Program-made: the position numbers and the translations under genes | Source: Podarcis cretensis | Taxonomy: Eukaryota | Direction of reading: 5' to 3' | DNA: 64,000 bases | Assembly: GCA_951804945.1 (NCBI GenBank) | Contig: OX638150.1 | Location: forward strand, 31,682,001-31,746,000 | Shown: positions 13,227-27,137 of the stretch, piece after piece | Numbering within the stretch: the first letter of the stretch is position 1 | Layout: each line of letters starts with the position of its first letter | The notes under the pieces: model-generated | Told to the model about the DNA's origin: nothing | The model's database searches: none | What the model saw: only the letters and a program-made list of their open reading frames with translations

Positions 13227-13468
13227 CAGTGGTACCTCGGGTTACATACGCTTCAGGTTACATATGCTTCAGGTTACAGACTCCGCTAACCAAGAAATAG
13301 TGCTTCAGGTTAAGAACTTTGCTTCAGGATGAGAACAGAAATTGTGCTCCGGCTGCACGGCAGCAGCAGGAGGCCCCATTAACTAAAGTGGTGCTTCAGG
13401 TTAAGTACAGTTTCAGGTTAAGTACGGACCTCCGGAACGAATTAAGTACTTAACCCAAGGTACCACTG
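13227..13468. mobile_element. Tc1/mariner (Tigger-like) MITE, 242 bp
   Basis: TIRs CAGTGGTACCTCGGGTTA / TAACCCAAGGTACCACTG with TA on both sides (13225-13226, 13469-13470). Internal cttcaggtta repeats. Confidence 0.9.
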
Positions 13469-16400
13469 TACATTTTAAAACTTAGTTCCCGATTGCTGTA
13501 GATTAATGATCAGTATCCTGCCTCAGAATAAACCACATACTCTTTGGATATTAGGCTTTGCAGGTGCCAGTTCTTCCTTTCCAGGAGTTCTTCTCTCTAC
13601 CTCTGGGACACAGCAAGTTTAGACTCAAAATTATTTCTAGTTTTTTTATAAGCTGGGAATAGATCACAAGGCATACATCTACCTATATTAACCTTGTTTG
13701 TACATTTTTCTGTTGTGCAACTGGGACAGCATACTGAGCAGGTCAGGCCGTCAACTCAATCTAGTCTGGTACAGTTGATGTTCTTGTGACTGGTTTCTTT
13801 TTCTTGTCTATTCACTCCCTAATGAGAGCCAAGACTTCGCCAACAAGGCATGTTTCATTTGTATCAGCACTGCCATCTTCAGACAAAAACAGGGAACGTC
13901 CCACAAAATTTTATCCAAACTTATTTCCCCATCAGGACAGAGAAAACATGGGAGCTCAAGGGCATTGCTTCACACTTTGGCTCCTTTCACTTGACATGAG
14001 AGAGAAAACAGGAATGAGAGGAGAGGGTGCTCTTTGTTGGACACAGTTTTATATTTTTATTTTCAGCCAGCTAAGCCACTTCCGTTTTGTTTATGGGCAG
14101 AAAGGATTGCAGCCTCCTTACATTTATGGATGCAATCAATTAAACAAGTTTCAGTCCATCCAGCTAGAGCTTGGGTACTCCAAATTCTCTCTCATGTGCC
14201 ATACTGTATCACACAAGTTGCTGACTTCCAAGTAGAAATGAAAGTGGAACAAAGAAGGCCTCACACGGATTGACACACCACTTCAGGCCCCGTCGCCCGG
14301 TGAGCAGATCTCACCTTATCCACACCTGCGCTGCTGTATAGCCACAAGATAATACCTGCTCTTCATTCTCCTATAACCTTTAACACTGTTTTAATCATGT
14401 TTGGCAACGCACCATCCCTTTCTATACATGTTATATAAATCACGAAACACTTGTGATTTCAGGGATATCACAGATTGATACAAGTCTTGCAGCAGAATCA
14501 TGAGAACAGCAGTTAATTAGCTACCAGGCAGCTAATTAACAATAGGAAATGTGTCCAAAGTAGACAAGCAAATAGGAAAAATAAAGAAGGCAACTTTAAA
14601 AAAAAAAAAGGTTTCTGTTAGTGTGTCGGAAGTGGGGACAGACTCAATATGCAGATAGGCATATCTGTGACATCAGGGATGAGCGTGGAATAGATGCAAA
14701 GGCTTTACTATCCTCATATCTAAGGGCCTACATGGATGGGTGAATTCTCTGAAAGGGATTTAGTGAGAAAGCAGGATTAAAAACACAGAATAGGAAATGT
14801 GACCATGTCTGTTGGACAGAAGAATATTCCTTATTTTCTGGGATCAACTAAGCAACTAAGATGGATAAAAACCAACTAACATGGGGAAGCCTCAATGTCC
14901 CATTCCTTGTCCCCTGTCCTTGTGTATTTGGATGGATATAACAAGATCAAGCCACTCCCAACTCTTCCCAGTTAATGCAACACAAAAACCCCAACCTTTG
15001 TGTTAATGAGTGCTTGCTGACACATCAACTAGGGAAACTGTTCCACCCACATCAACATCAGATATTTGTTTTTACTCTGAACTCTCCACAGGTTTAAATC
15101 TATAGTATGAGCAACACCCTTTTTCTTTCTTTCATTAAATGGGTTTCTCTTCAACGTGCAAGGTATTTTAGGACAATTTCAATGCAAAACAAATGCACAG
15201 TATTTTTGTTGTTGTGAGAAAGCTACATGTGCCCTTGCCTCCAAGCCATTTGCAAACTCGCTGCACTTTTTAATTTAAAAAAAAATACTCAAGCTACGGT
15301 ATTTTGCATCTGGGAATTTGCTATTTCCTTTTATTTGCCACAACTGTTGCAGGAGTGAACACTGTACATACCTAAAAGTGATAAGCTTCCCTGACCCCAT
15401 CATTTTGCCACTTTTTAAAAAGGTTCTCTAAAAGCTGAATATTTCTGTATCTTTTCTGAATCTGCTGTATCTTTCAGAAACAAGCATATTCACACAAAAA
15501 CCTGTTACACAGAGAGAGAGATTTGTAGAGCAGCATGGCTGCCCCCTTCTTTTTGCAATGCAGTACCTTTCCAGAATTTCATTTTATTTTCCTTAGAATT
15601 TAATTATGGTTTTGAGTGAAGGTTTTGAGCCCCCCACCCCTCTGAAATGGAGTGGTGGTGGAAAGGCTATTCCCTGCAACAATATTCCTGTTCCTCTAGC
15701 GTTTCATATGTGAAGGGTATCATGTCAACTTGTGCAGGATCAGAGTCAGCATTAACAGCAAGGACTATTAAATCCAATTACTTTTGTGGTTTGGTAAAAG
15801 TCCTCACTTTTTCAGCAGTGAGAACATTTTTTTATTTAATGTAATTAGACCCACTATGCCAAAATTTGACCTCATAACCCCAAAAAGAATTCTAGGCCAC
15901 AAAATGCGGGGGGGGGGGGGGAATAGCTCATAAACCTCACAGGTCAGACTCTCTAAATAGGACTGTGTTTCAAGAGATTCACAGTGGCCAGAGGTGACAG
16001 GGTTCAGCCTTGGTGAAGTGATGGGGGAAATCTTGCATCTAGTAAGTGTAATTTAGATGGCAATAAATCCTCTGGACCAAAGGACGAAAACAGATCTGGG
16101 TATATTAATAGATGCAGCATTTAAATCCCAGTCCCCTCTGACAGCAACAGGGATGTCTCATGCTTTCTCGCAGGACTGTGGTACCTTATGAGTGTGGAAA
16201 ACAGTGCAGGTTTCCAAAGCCATTAAGTTGGCTTCCACAGACCTATGTATAAGGTGTAAAAAGACAAGTGTTCCATGTTGTTAATTCAGGTACCAGGACT
16301 TACTCTTCCAGTTCCACACTCACAATCACTTAAGCTGAATAGAATCCCCCACTGCTCATGTAAGTGTATGCTAAAAGGATGGGGAAAGCACACTATTTCA

Positions 16401-16644
16401 CAACTTTTGATCATTCGAGTATGGCTGGCTGGGTAAGAGGTGACAAGCTCATCTCAAGAGACCATGAGCATGTGCCCTGAAGTTCCACAACAACGGGAAT
16501 CATGCAAAAACAAGATGACGTGTGATCCATCTACAAATACAGCCGCCACGTTAAGTAGAAGGCAGAGCGTAGGGATTGGCAGCTGGAGGCCCAGGGACAA
16601 AATCCAAACTGGCAAATGAATATTCATTTAGCTGCAGACCAAGA

Positions 16645-16645
<1 letters not shown>

Positions 16646-16703
<58 letters not shown>
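16646..16703. repeat. (TACACA)/(CA)n microsatellite
   Basis: Direct reading. Confidence 0.95.
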
Positions 16704-16705
<2 letters not shown>

Positions 16706-19700
16706 TGTACCTAGGACACTTTATTCCCAAGCACCCACACTGGGGTTAGTTTCTGTACTCGGTTAGTGTTAAACTGCCTTGTGAAACCCAGCCATACAGG
16801 CGGGGTATAAATAATAAATTATATCATTATTTTTATTATTATTGCTTCATTCACTCACTTTCCACAAGGCACCCACATGATGTCAGCATCCAATTGTTGT
16901 CCCCCGGTGTTTCTTCTATGGTTCTTCTGCCTTTTCTCAGAGCTCAGAATATCTACTTTTAATTTTTTAATAGAACTGGTTACAGTTTTTCTGCACATGC
17001 AGATAGCCATAGCTAGGCTTTTCCAATTCCAATGTGTGTGGTGTCTTGTCGGGCAGGTGAACATATCAGCAGTATCACACCTCCACTATCACCTCTATAA
17101 GGGGCATCATTTTATCAACAATTCTTTATTATTCCCTTAGTTCCGATCATTAGCATCAAGACACTTTTTTGGCGATACTTATTTAAAAAGTTAAGTTCTT
17201 CACGCAATAATGTCAAAATGAAAAGTGCCATGGTGCTAACTTTTAAGATTTAAGACTCACCCCTATTTTTCTTCATTGCCATCGTTTCAGCACTGCAGAT
17301 TTTCCCTATCACTTTCAAAGACCTAAAGGTAATCTCATTATTGCACTTAAATAAACAAACTAAAAAAACTGACTATAGGAAATGGCTGCCCAAATGTCAT
17401 CCTCCTTTACCCATATAGTTGTGTGATGCACAGTAATGTGGATGGTATGTAGCAGGATATACACATATAAAAGTTTCGCCCACCATGTTAATTTTGCATT
17501 TTTAAAACATAGCATTATAAACTCTCTGGTCAAAGTCTATACCAAGCCCATCACTCTTGAGTGTTTAAGGGTCAATTTACATGATAAAATGTTTATGTTG
17601 AGAAATCAACATGAGCTGCTTTGTTCCATATAATCTTATCACATTCCAGTCGTGCCCACATTGGAATATTATTGGGGGTGGGTGAGTGTCTGGCAAAGGT
17701 GTCTCGTCTAACGATGCAGCCACTCAGGTGAGAGGTTGCAAGGGACACTGCCCAGCCAAATCAAAGGAAAGACTCAAATTATGTAGGTGTAACACAAACA
17801 GCCACATGGGTTAGCACTAATGAACGACCATTCTGTAGCCTTTTCAACAGAAGGGACAGATGTGATCAGCACATTTACAGTCTTTGGCATCCCAACACAA
17901 TGGGTTGAGGGCTGACATCTAGCCTCAAAGATTCACAAAGCACTGCATATTCCTGTATCTATACCTGTATCATCAAAAAGCTTGGGCAGGAGGAGTAATT
18001 CTGAGGCTGATAATATTTTCTGAAATCTATAAAGCCTGTACACATCCCAAAATATCTGGTGAAGAACAAGGGACATAACTACATATTACCAAAAACAACA
18101 TGTCTGGTTCTCCTTGTTTTCCTCAAAAATGGGGGGGGGGGAGCTAGGCACAGAGCTGTTTTGGGCTGCAACCCCATTTTCCCTGAGGCAGCATTGCACT
18201 AAAGCATAACCTATTAAACACAAGAAAGAGCAATAATGATTGATGGAAAGAAGTAACCTCTATGGACCAACCCCACAAATAGAATGTAAACCTATCCCAA
18301 GTAAAGATTTACACTTTCAGAGTGTCTTGGAAAACTGCCCTCTTTGTTTAGCTTGGATCAACAAATAAGATCTCACTTAATTGGGTTAATTCCCATGTTA
18401 GCTTCATATTTCAGCCAAAAAAGAAACCCTGCAATTCTGCATGGTGGGAAGCACATGATTAAGGGTGCTGAGGGATTTACTGAAACCATCCTGTTTATCA
18501 TTATCACACCACGGGCAACCTTTATTTTCTTCATTTGATCTTCTATATCTTCTTTGACGTCTCCTTGGCACTATGCTCCATGTTGCTTTCATAGCTACAT
18601 TTTTGTGCTGCCTGTTGGCAGAGAAACACACTCTGTTCTAATCCAATTCATGACATGACATTTGGTCAAAGTAAACAAACTGGTCAGGCTGGGTACAAAT
18701 ATTGCCCACTTCAATCAAGATTGGCAAAAGCGCTCAGCAAGTTGGATATGATTTCAAATCTAGCCTAAAGATATATTTGGGAAAGCAGACTGAGGTAAAA
18801 TATCCACAGCACAGCAAACTACTGAGGATTCAAGCGTTACTGCATTTGGGGGTGCTGATTCAGTTTGCTGCGGTAGGAAAATCCTGCTAATCCAACTAAA
18901 GGTAATAATATCACCTGCAGCCAGATTACAGTGTGAAAATAATGTTAGCTTCCTGTTGACCCTACAGGCACCACTGCTCTAGTTCCCAGACTTCAAGGAG
19001 GAAAAATACCTTACTAAGCAACACTCCCTACCCTGTTGCCTTAGGGAAAATGGATGTCTGAAAGTCTCCACCATTCTGCTGCAGAGGCACGTATGTGTTC
19101 TGTGCACACAAAAACTTCTTAAGGTGTCAGCTAAGACTACTCAACATAACCCAACACCAGATAAACCCTGTGCTAACCCTAGTAAGCACCAGTGTTCCAA
19201 GGATAGGAAACACTGTAGGTGCCTGCTGCCAATCACACAGAAAATGACCATGTCATTAGTCAAGGAAATAGCAAGTTGTGAGAGAGGCCTTGCTTCACAG
19301 TAGGTTTCACCTCATGAAGCACTTTCCCCAAGCAGCCCACAACTCCACCTCCTTCACAGCACAATGTGAACACCCTTCTAAGGTGCACAAAATAATGTGT
19401 ATCCAAATGGCAACTGTTTACCAAGCACTAGGATATCTTTCTGAATACTAATAGCTAAATACATCACACCTAAGGGACTAGATATTTCATAGTTCCTTCT
19501 CCCCGTACAGGATTGCAAAAGGGACTTGAATGCCCTTCTGGAGGCTTAACCATCACAACAGCATCAGGTTAGGTTGAACTGTAAATTACTCCAGACAGAC
19601 TAAGTTGCAACTAGCCCAGCACCAATGGAGAGTAATAGTCAAGTAAAAACAAAGGAAGCTTCCAAGCACTGCGTTAGGGCAGCAAAAGGAACAAAACAAA

Positions 19701-19864
19701 TCCCCTTCCTTTTGAGAAAATTCACTCTGGCTCAGGTGAAGCAGTTCAGAACAATGAGAACATGGAACCCAAAGAAAGATTGGTAAGCAAGCCCCGTTCA
19801 TGGGAACCCAGCTAGAGATGCAGGATAAATTCTCAGAGCAGAATGTCAAAATGACTAACCAGTT

Positions 19865-19870
19865 TTTATT
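19865..19870 (-). terminator. MCRIP1: Candidate MCRIP1 polyadenylation signal AATAAA
   Basis: AATAAA on the minus strand about 970 nt past the stop codon. Confidence 0.5.
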
Positions 19871-20838
19871 TACAACACTCCTTAAAAGACAGACACAGAC
19901 CAAGAGGGGCATTACAAAGGGAAAAGAACAGCCACCATGCCCCTTGCCTACCCAACTCTGAGCAGGGTCCCCAACATCACTGCCTGAGCTGGACACAAAC
20001 ATGGGCACTACTGCCACTTGCCAGTGCCCAGCACACACCAAGGCTGTCCCCAGCCCTGCTGGGGCACGGGGGCTGGGCTCTGGGGCTAGCTCAGAAATGC
20101 TACCTGCCCCCCCCCCCCCGGCTGGGGCTGCAAGTCAGCCGAGTGTAAAGACAGCAGAACCTGGAGCACCTGCTCAGCTCAGAATAAGGGAGTCGATTCA
20201 GTTTTATCCTATACAACAGAATCCCAAAAGAGTTTTCCCTTGGGAGACTTTGTACCTGGGTCCCTCAGCCTCTATCTTCAGCGTTTCGCCATTGTTGTGC
20301 CACAGAGCTGAGCAGATAGCATATGGAGATCGTAGCACAACACTCTTTCATCCTCCAGTCTAAAAGCTCAGGTACTGTATGAGGAGTCAGTCTGAATTCT
20401 CACAATGTATTGATAGGGTGGACTACGAAAACCCATATTGCTTCTGTCCCATCATTCTCTCTTAGCCTTGCCCTAAGAAGGGCTGGGCTTTGAAACGGGT
20501 ATAGGGAGAGATTAGATATTGTTCCTGATCCTTCTGCCTTATTCCACACTCCTAAAACAGACAGGGTACACACCAACCTCTTGGCCACCATCAGAGTAAA
20601 ATGTCATTTACTAAGGGGAAAAGGTAATTTCTGGGGCCAATTGTAGAATGAAGGCAGGCAGGCCAGGCCAGGCCAAGGGAAGCTGTGAAGGAAAGGCAAA
20701 AAGCCTATCCTTCCTTAGGGAATTCAGAGCCAGCCCCAGGCACAAGCCAGACCAAAGGAGGAAACCAACACAAAGTCATCAAATTCATGTACCAGTGGCC
20801 ACACGCCAGCACTTGGGGCTGAGGCAGGCCGAGCCATT

Positions 20839-20903
20839 TTAGGATTTCTTAGCATCCTGTGTGTTCCGCCGCTTTAGGTCACTCAAGTCAACAGGTCTGA
20901 AAG
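20839..20903 (-). CDS. MCRIP1: MCRIP1 last coding exon (TFRPVDLSDLKRRNTQDAKKS*), with the CtBP-binding PxDLS motif
   Basis: ttgacag|CT TTC AGA CCT GTT GAC TTG AGT...TCC TAA, 65 nt. Matches the human C-terminus FKPIDLSDLKRRSTQDAKKS. Confidence 0.95.
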
Positions 20904-21735
20904 CTGTCAAAAAAGAAGAAAGGAGACACAATTTAGGGTAAGATTCCTGACTACCAACATTGCTTTGCATCAATACTCCCTCCAGCCTGCCTTGATAAGA
21001 ACAAAGATGCTAGCCTCCCCACCATCACCTAACAGTTAGTACCCTAAATTGGAATTCAGATCACAGGTAACCTACACACCTAATTAAATGGTTTGAGTTG
21101 GTACCCCAGACCTATTCAACACAGCAGGCCATTACTACAACCCAAACCCAAGGGGTCTCCAGTTCTACCTAGAATGATAACCTAAATTCTTCAACCAGAA
21201 AATCTCTAATATGCAAGAAAGTAGGTACATCTATATTCATGTACCTAATCAAATTCATGATCCCCTATATGTTTCCAAATATCCTCCTATACAAGAGAGT
21301 TTTCACCATATGTCAGAAAAGCAAGAAAGATGAGGACAAATGGGCTTCCCAAGGAAACAAATGTCAGAGCCTGGTGCCAACTGCTGAAAAGCCCCTTTCA
21401 TGCATAACCATCCAGCTCAACCCCAGAGAGAACTGGAACAGGGCCTGAATTGAGTCAATAGACAGATCTGGATTGGAGCAGTCAGTCCAGGCCATATAAA
21501 CCTTTAAAAGTCAACACCAGCACTTTGAACTATCTGGAAACTAATGACAACAATGCTTCTAGTGATGGGTTTCAGTTAGGATTCTTTCAGCTGCATCTTG
21601 GACTCTATGTTTTCAAATGCTCTGCAAAGCCAGTCCTACATCAGAGTAATCTAAACTGGCTGTCACCAAGGAGGTGTAACCATGACTAAATTAGACCTCT
21701 CTTTGAAAGGGGAAAGCTAGCAAAAGAAAACTCAC

Positions 21736-21837
21736 TTTTCAGACTGGGGTTTGGCATCTTCTCCACATACTCCTCCACAAGTCCCCGTTCACCACTTGCC
21801 ATCTGATTGCGGAGATCCCGCTCCACACACTGCCATG
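21736..21837 (-). CDS. MCRIP1: MCRIP1 coding exon (AWQCVERDLRNQMASGERGLVEEYVEKMPNPSLK)
   Basis: ctctgcag|CA TGG...AAA A|gtgag, 102 nt, phase 1-1. Confidence 0.95.
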
Positions 21838-22321
21838 CTGCAGAGAAGGGGAACAGTTAAAGTGGGGATAAAACTTCACATGGAGAATACAGAAGAGCCC
21901 TTTCCTTTAGCCCAAGAGTACTGCCAGCGTTTGGCACCCTAAGACAGCCTAGACACCAAGCAGTGGTCCCACTGTTACTACTGGAGAAGTCTTTAAATGC
22001 AAATAAATAAGCAGGGAGGCAATGACAGCTGTTTGTAATGCTGGATGCAGAATCAGAAGACAAGTCTCACATACCCTCAGAACTATCCGTCAGTTCCCAC
22101 AATTGGATTCATATCTAAACATTCCAATGAGTCTCATCTTCATTTTCTTCACTTTCCTGCACCCATCTTAAATACATGAGTAAGGAAAAAAATAACACCA
22201 GAACTGCAACCGCATGAGAAACATATGTTATATACAGGGTAAGAGGTAAGGAAATGTGCTACTGACTCAGTGGAGATGCAGCAACTGAAGAGATCAGCCT
22301 TCTCAAATGTAAATACTGCAC

Positions 22322-22440
22322 CTTCAGAGATGAAACGCACATTCTCCTCATGTGCAGGAGTGAAGATCTCACTGCTGTTGCTTGGGGAGCGAGGGCTGCT
22401 GTTTCTCTTGCCATTGTATACAACTCGGGAGACAGGAGAA
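22322..22440 (-). CDS. MCRIP1: MCRIP1 coding exon (SPVSRVVYNGKRNSSPRSPSNSSEIFTPAHEENVRFISE), with ERK sites S21-P and T30-P
   Basis: ttccag|T TCT CCT...GAA G|gtgcag, 119 nt. Near-identical to human MCRIP1. Confidence 0.95.
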
Positions 22441-23398
22441 CTGGAAGTGCAGTGGAGACCCCAGTGAGAGAGGAAACAAGACACTGATCTTTGCCACAAA
22501 TAAAGAAGCAAAAAAGGAAGATTTATACTAACTATCCTGGCAAAAGGATCCTTTAGCTCTACAGACCATTCAATGTGGCTGCTATTACACTTTTCAGAGA
22601 GTGTGACCAATACAGACTGCGGTTGTGCTTAGTTGTCATTTACATCAGGAGTAGGCAGACTTCAGGCATGCAAAATCTACTTCTTTTTTTAACTAGAGCT
22701 CAATGATCCAACTATCACAGCCAACTCACAAGAGTTGCACACTTAGAATTGAAGAGCACTGAGCTCAGGAATTTGTTTTGAATATGAGCACTGAACTAAA
22801 CTGAGCTCACAGTCCTTCTATATAAAAATCTACCTTGGCTTACCTCACCCTTTTCATCACTTGAGCCGCATGACTTCGGAGGGATGGTCATTTTTTTATT
22901 GTCAGTGCTAAGCAACTGGGAATCAAAAATCCTTACTGATCTACTTCAAATCACTCAGAGATCTATTCTGATATCCCTATGGCCGACCCCTAATTAGCAT
23001 GACACCTTCTTATGTACAAAGTGTTAAACAGTTATTGTTTCAGACTCAAAACTAAAGTTATATAGACAAAGAAAAGAAACTTGGAGGAACTGACATCCAA
23101 ACATTACCTAGTGAAGCTAGGTGGGGAGGTGAACACAAAGACCCATGCTAATGACCAGTTAAAGGTTCAATCAATGATATCCATTTACCTTTATTGCCCA
23201 CACCATTCCTGAACCACTGTCAGCAGGTAGCAACACAGAAAGATTTTTGGTACATAACCGTGGTATACACAACCACCAAAGACAGCAAAATCAGCACTGG
23301 GAGCTGAAAGTCTCCAATCATCGAGGAGTCAGTACATTCTGACAGCCCGCTCAGTACTAACACAAGTTCAATTCCCACAACCCCATAAGTTTTCTCAC

Positions 23399-23406
23399 CT
23401 CGTCAT
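23399..23406 (-). CDS. MCRIP1: MCRIP1 start exon, coding part ATG ACG AG (whole exon about 23459-23399)
   Basis: gcagccATGACGAG|gtgag. 8+119+102+65 = 294 nt = 97 aa plus stop, the known MCRIP1 length. Confidence 0.88.
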
Positions 23407-23639
23407 GGCTGCCTTTTCCCCAGCCCTGGCCCAAGTCCTGGATGTGTGGCTTGGCAGTGCTAAAACAAAGACAAGACACTGAGCTCAGTGGGGATGGACC
23501 CTCAATAAATCCCACGGGTGGGGACAAATTGCTCCAGTAACCGACTTTGGATGGAAGCATCTATGCCCACCTCTGCTATTACATTTAAGGAGATTGCAGC
23601 ATCTGGTAAGTCCCACCCCATCGCTAAAAATCCCCAAAT

Positions 23640-24480
23640 GTGTCCAAAAGCCCTGAAGCCCCCCGACACCACTTCGGGACCCCACCGCCCTCCTCCCTGC
23701 TCCGAGTCCAGTCCCTAGAGGCACCTGCGCCTTGGGGCACCCCAATATTTCCCTCAACAACGCCCCCCCCTCCAATCCGCAACCCCACGCTACCCTCAGG
23801 CACGGAGATGGGATGTCAAGCTTCGTGAGGGAGGTGCGGGGAGAGGGAGGCCCAAGCAGCCGCACTTCTTCTCCCGGCCCCGAACGACAACAAGGCAGGC
23901 GTGGAGTTTGGGGACTGCGCTACTAGGCCCAGAGGAACAGAAAGGGAGCACTTCCACGGGGGGCTGGGGAAGAAAGGGCGCCCCACTCGCCGCGGCCCCA
24001 CCCTCAATTCCCCACCCCGCAACCCTCTTCACCTGGGCCCGGGTTAAGTCCCGGCTTCTCTCGCTGCTGCCAGGCCCGGGGCGGAAGAGAGCGCCTAGGC
24101 CGGGCTGCGCGTGCGCACTGCGGGCGAATGGGCCCGGGTAGCCCCTGCACCGAGTACCCGAGGGAGGAGGTTTCCATGGAAACGGAGCGGCTGGGCAGGG
24201 AGGGGTATCCATGGAAACGGGAGTGAGGGGTGGGGAAGAGAAGCTCTGGGAGACGCGGGAGAGGGCGGGGAGGGTCTCCAGAAACGGGGAAATGGGGCAG
24301 GAGCCGGAGCGGGAAGGAGGCTTCTTAAAAGAGATCGCGTTTCCCTCCTTTGTGAGCTTCGGGAAGTCGGCATTGCCCAAAGCAGAGTCGCCACTTCCCA
24401 GGCTTGGGTCAGGATCCAACTGAGCGCTACCCGCCCCCCAATTTACCGTGTGGCCCGTTTTGTGGACGTTTGAGGCTTCT
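23640..24480. promoter_or_regulatory. CpG-island promoter of MCRIP1 with NRF1-like site (TGCGCGTGCGCA, 24106-24117) and RFX X-boxes (24170-24183, 24205-24218)
   Basis: Sharp rise in GC and CpG density. Motifs read directly. Confidence 0.8.
24033..24110 (-). other. MCRIP1: Probable non-coding first exon of MCRIP1
   Basis: Donor cccag|gtgaag at 24033/24032 inside a CpG island. The 5' end is estimated. Confidence 0.55.
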
Positions 24481-25885
24481 CTCCACATCCTGTTTTCATA
24501 ATCATTACTCTCTAAGTCTACGCCAACTAAGTGTGGACAATTCTGTGATTACGGGGGGAAATCATTGACATGATTTCACACGTTTTCATTAACATTTTCC
24601 GTGTTTGTATTCGAATTGCAATCTGAAAAGAGCCTTCTCCAGTTTTCCGAGATCTAGCTCTCTTTGGGATGGCATTTAGGATGCATGGTTGACAGAAAGG
24701 GTGGAGGAAATTTCCCATTAATTAGGAAATGTTATTTTTTTTCTGGTGTAGGATTAATTTTAGACCTTGCCCAAGCCTTCAGGATAGGGCACACTATATA
24801 GATTGACACTTTCAAATAGCAATACAAAAGCAATCCCTTTCTCTCTCACACACTTGTAGTATTTTTTAAATTCATTTTTTAACTTGCCCATTTGAATGGG
24901 TTTTTGTCATTACAGTGTTCTGTAGAAGCATTTTAAAGTGCTGCATTCGGAAGGGGAATCATGGGAGTGGAGACTTCCTGGTTTAGTACAACTCCAACAC
25001 ATTAGGAACTAAGGTTTCAACAAAAGTCTCCTAAATTTAGCCAAACAAATGTAGGTAAAAATAAGATAAAACCACTTGTTTTTGCTTACTAGACAAGGGC
25101 AGATCAAAGATCCTGCCCTGACTTCTGACCAATCTTGTACATCACCTTGCTTATCATCTTACTGGGCATTGTCTGTGCCTATCATCTATTGCCAGGGCTA
25201 AAAGTTATTTAAAAGTAAAGCTGAGGATCTCAGGATGTTGAGCAGTGTCCCCAAACTTAATTCATGTGCAGTGTATTATAGAGTGAGCCCTGACAATAGC
25301 TCTGCATGGTGATGTATGCTTAGATGGCAACCACAGTGACACCTAACCAAATATGTAGGAAGCCTGAAGCAAATGTGAGTTGTGCAGAGCTGCCCTACTT
25401 CTGTCAAAGCATGCTGACCCAGATGGTGCAAGTGATTCACTACTGATTTTCACCAAGAGACAAACTATCCAACTGGGAAGTAGTATTTAGCACTTATCAG
25501 GTGTCTCTGAGTGGACAAACCTCCAAGCATTGACTCGTCTCCAAGAAATGCCACATCTAATTTTCTTCCCGTCTTGTTCATGCATTTGCCAAGTCATTAC
25601 TAAAGCCAACTCAAGTCATTTGGGACAAAAATAGTAAGAACTTTATTACAGGCCTCTTATTCCCCTTCCAAGTGATAGGTTGCAGGAACAACACCTCTGT
25701 ACCTGAAACCTATCAGAAAGAAGCAGCCACAAACAAAAGAAGCCCAATTATTTAATTTCTTCAAACTGTGTGGTGTACCATAGACTGTGCAATTATCAGA
25801 AACATTGCACAGCTGAGGGCTAATATCCACCATCTTGCATTGCCATTTCATTCTTCTGTCTTCCAGAGAAAAGAGCATGCAAAGA

Positions 25886-26080
25886 TTCATAGAATTGTAG
25901 AGTTGGAAGGGACCACGAGGGTCATCTAGTCCAATCACCTGAGCTATAGTATGCTGCACATATTTTAAGTGCTGCAAAAAAAAAATACTCAAGTTGCATA
26001 ATTTAATAATACAGAATTGTAGCATTGGAAGGGACCCCAAGGGTCATCAAGTCCAACTCCCTGCAGTGCAGGAATCTCAA
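25886..26080 (-). mobile_element. Two tandem CR1-tail/SINE 3' fragments
   Basis: Two copies of agaattgtag..ttggaagggacc..agggtcatc.agtccaa. Same tail as the SINE at 63722-63859. Confidence 0.7.
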
Positions 26081-26491
26081 CATCTAATCTGAAACCATAC
26101 CAGACCCTGCTTAGCTTTGCAAATGTGCTAACAATTTTATTACTGCACCACTAGGAGGACATTGACCCTTACTTAACAGAATGAAATAACGGTGCAGCAG
26201 GGACAATGTCTAATGGACAACTTCAAGGTTAATACATGTCCTCCATCAAAGTTAAACAGCTAGATGTGTATGACTGAGATCTTTTAGGCATTAGTCACTA
26301 TATCTTGTTCTGCTTTTTAAGCTGTTCTACTTTCCTTTAGAATTCATTTCCTCATTTCATATCCAAAATCTCATGTGCAGCTAGGGAACAGTCTAAGGGC
26401 AACCTGGGAAACAAAGTGTCTGGGCAGGAAGTGTGGCTACCCTTCCCAAGAGTAGGGGGAAATAAAAATAACCCAAGGTTGTAGAAATTAC

Positions 26492-26497
26492 TTTATT
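26492..26497 (-). terminator. PPP1R27: Candidate PPP1R27 polyadenylation signal AATAAA
   Basis: AATAAA on the minus strand about 640 nt after the stop. An alternative lies at 25642-25647. Confidence 0.5.
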
Positions 26498-27137
26498 GAA
26501 AAAATAAAAAGCTGTTTCAGAACCACATAAAAAATAACAGTAGAAAAGCAAATCTAGGAGCAAACATGTGAGACTTTATACATGACATTTTTAGGATAAT
26601 ATATACAGCAGAAAGATACCAGCTTGAAGTTGGGGCTATTTTCTCTTTGTGATAATCGTGTGAGGATTCTTCAGGCCTGAATAGGTTGAATGTCTTTGAG
26701 AAAGCACTGTTCAAATCAGTCATTGCCAGATAATAATTGGAAGGTGTATGTTCACACAAATTGGTACCCAGTCCAGTTCATTTCATAATCACCTGTGTGA
26801 ACCTCCTGCACAACAGTGCCGTTTGGGCCAGTGTGTCCCAGCCATTAGACTCATTTTAACTAAAGCCTGACCGTAGCAGGTACCAGAAAATGGGCCACAT
26901 GGTAGAGAAGTTTACATTTTCTGGAAGGGCTATCCCAAGCATAGCTCTCTGATAAACCCCAAGGTAGCCACTCTCATACATACACATTACAACCAAACTG
27001 TGGTCTCTTTTAGGAGGCCGTACACTCTTGCCAACGTAGTAGGGGCAACTTTGCTAGCCTCCCTGAAGCATGCAACAAATGCTGCTGCCTACCATGGAGG
27101 CTAAACTCCACATGGGAAAGAGCTGAGTGGCACTAGC

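Noticed and set aside
13227-13468. Regularly spaced cttcaggtta repeats that superficially resemble a CRISPR array
   Set aside because: They are subterminal repeats of a TA-flanked mariner MITE in a vertebrate genome, with no constant repeat/spacer structure and no cas genes.
23796-24488. 230-aa and other overlapping ORFs at the MCRIP1 5' end
   Set aside because: Stop-poor GC-rich CpG island giving low-complexity P/G/R peptides with no recognisable domain.
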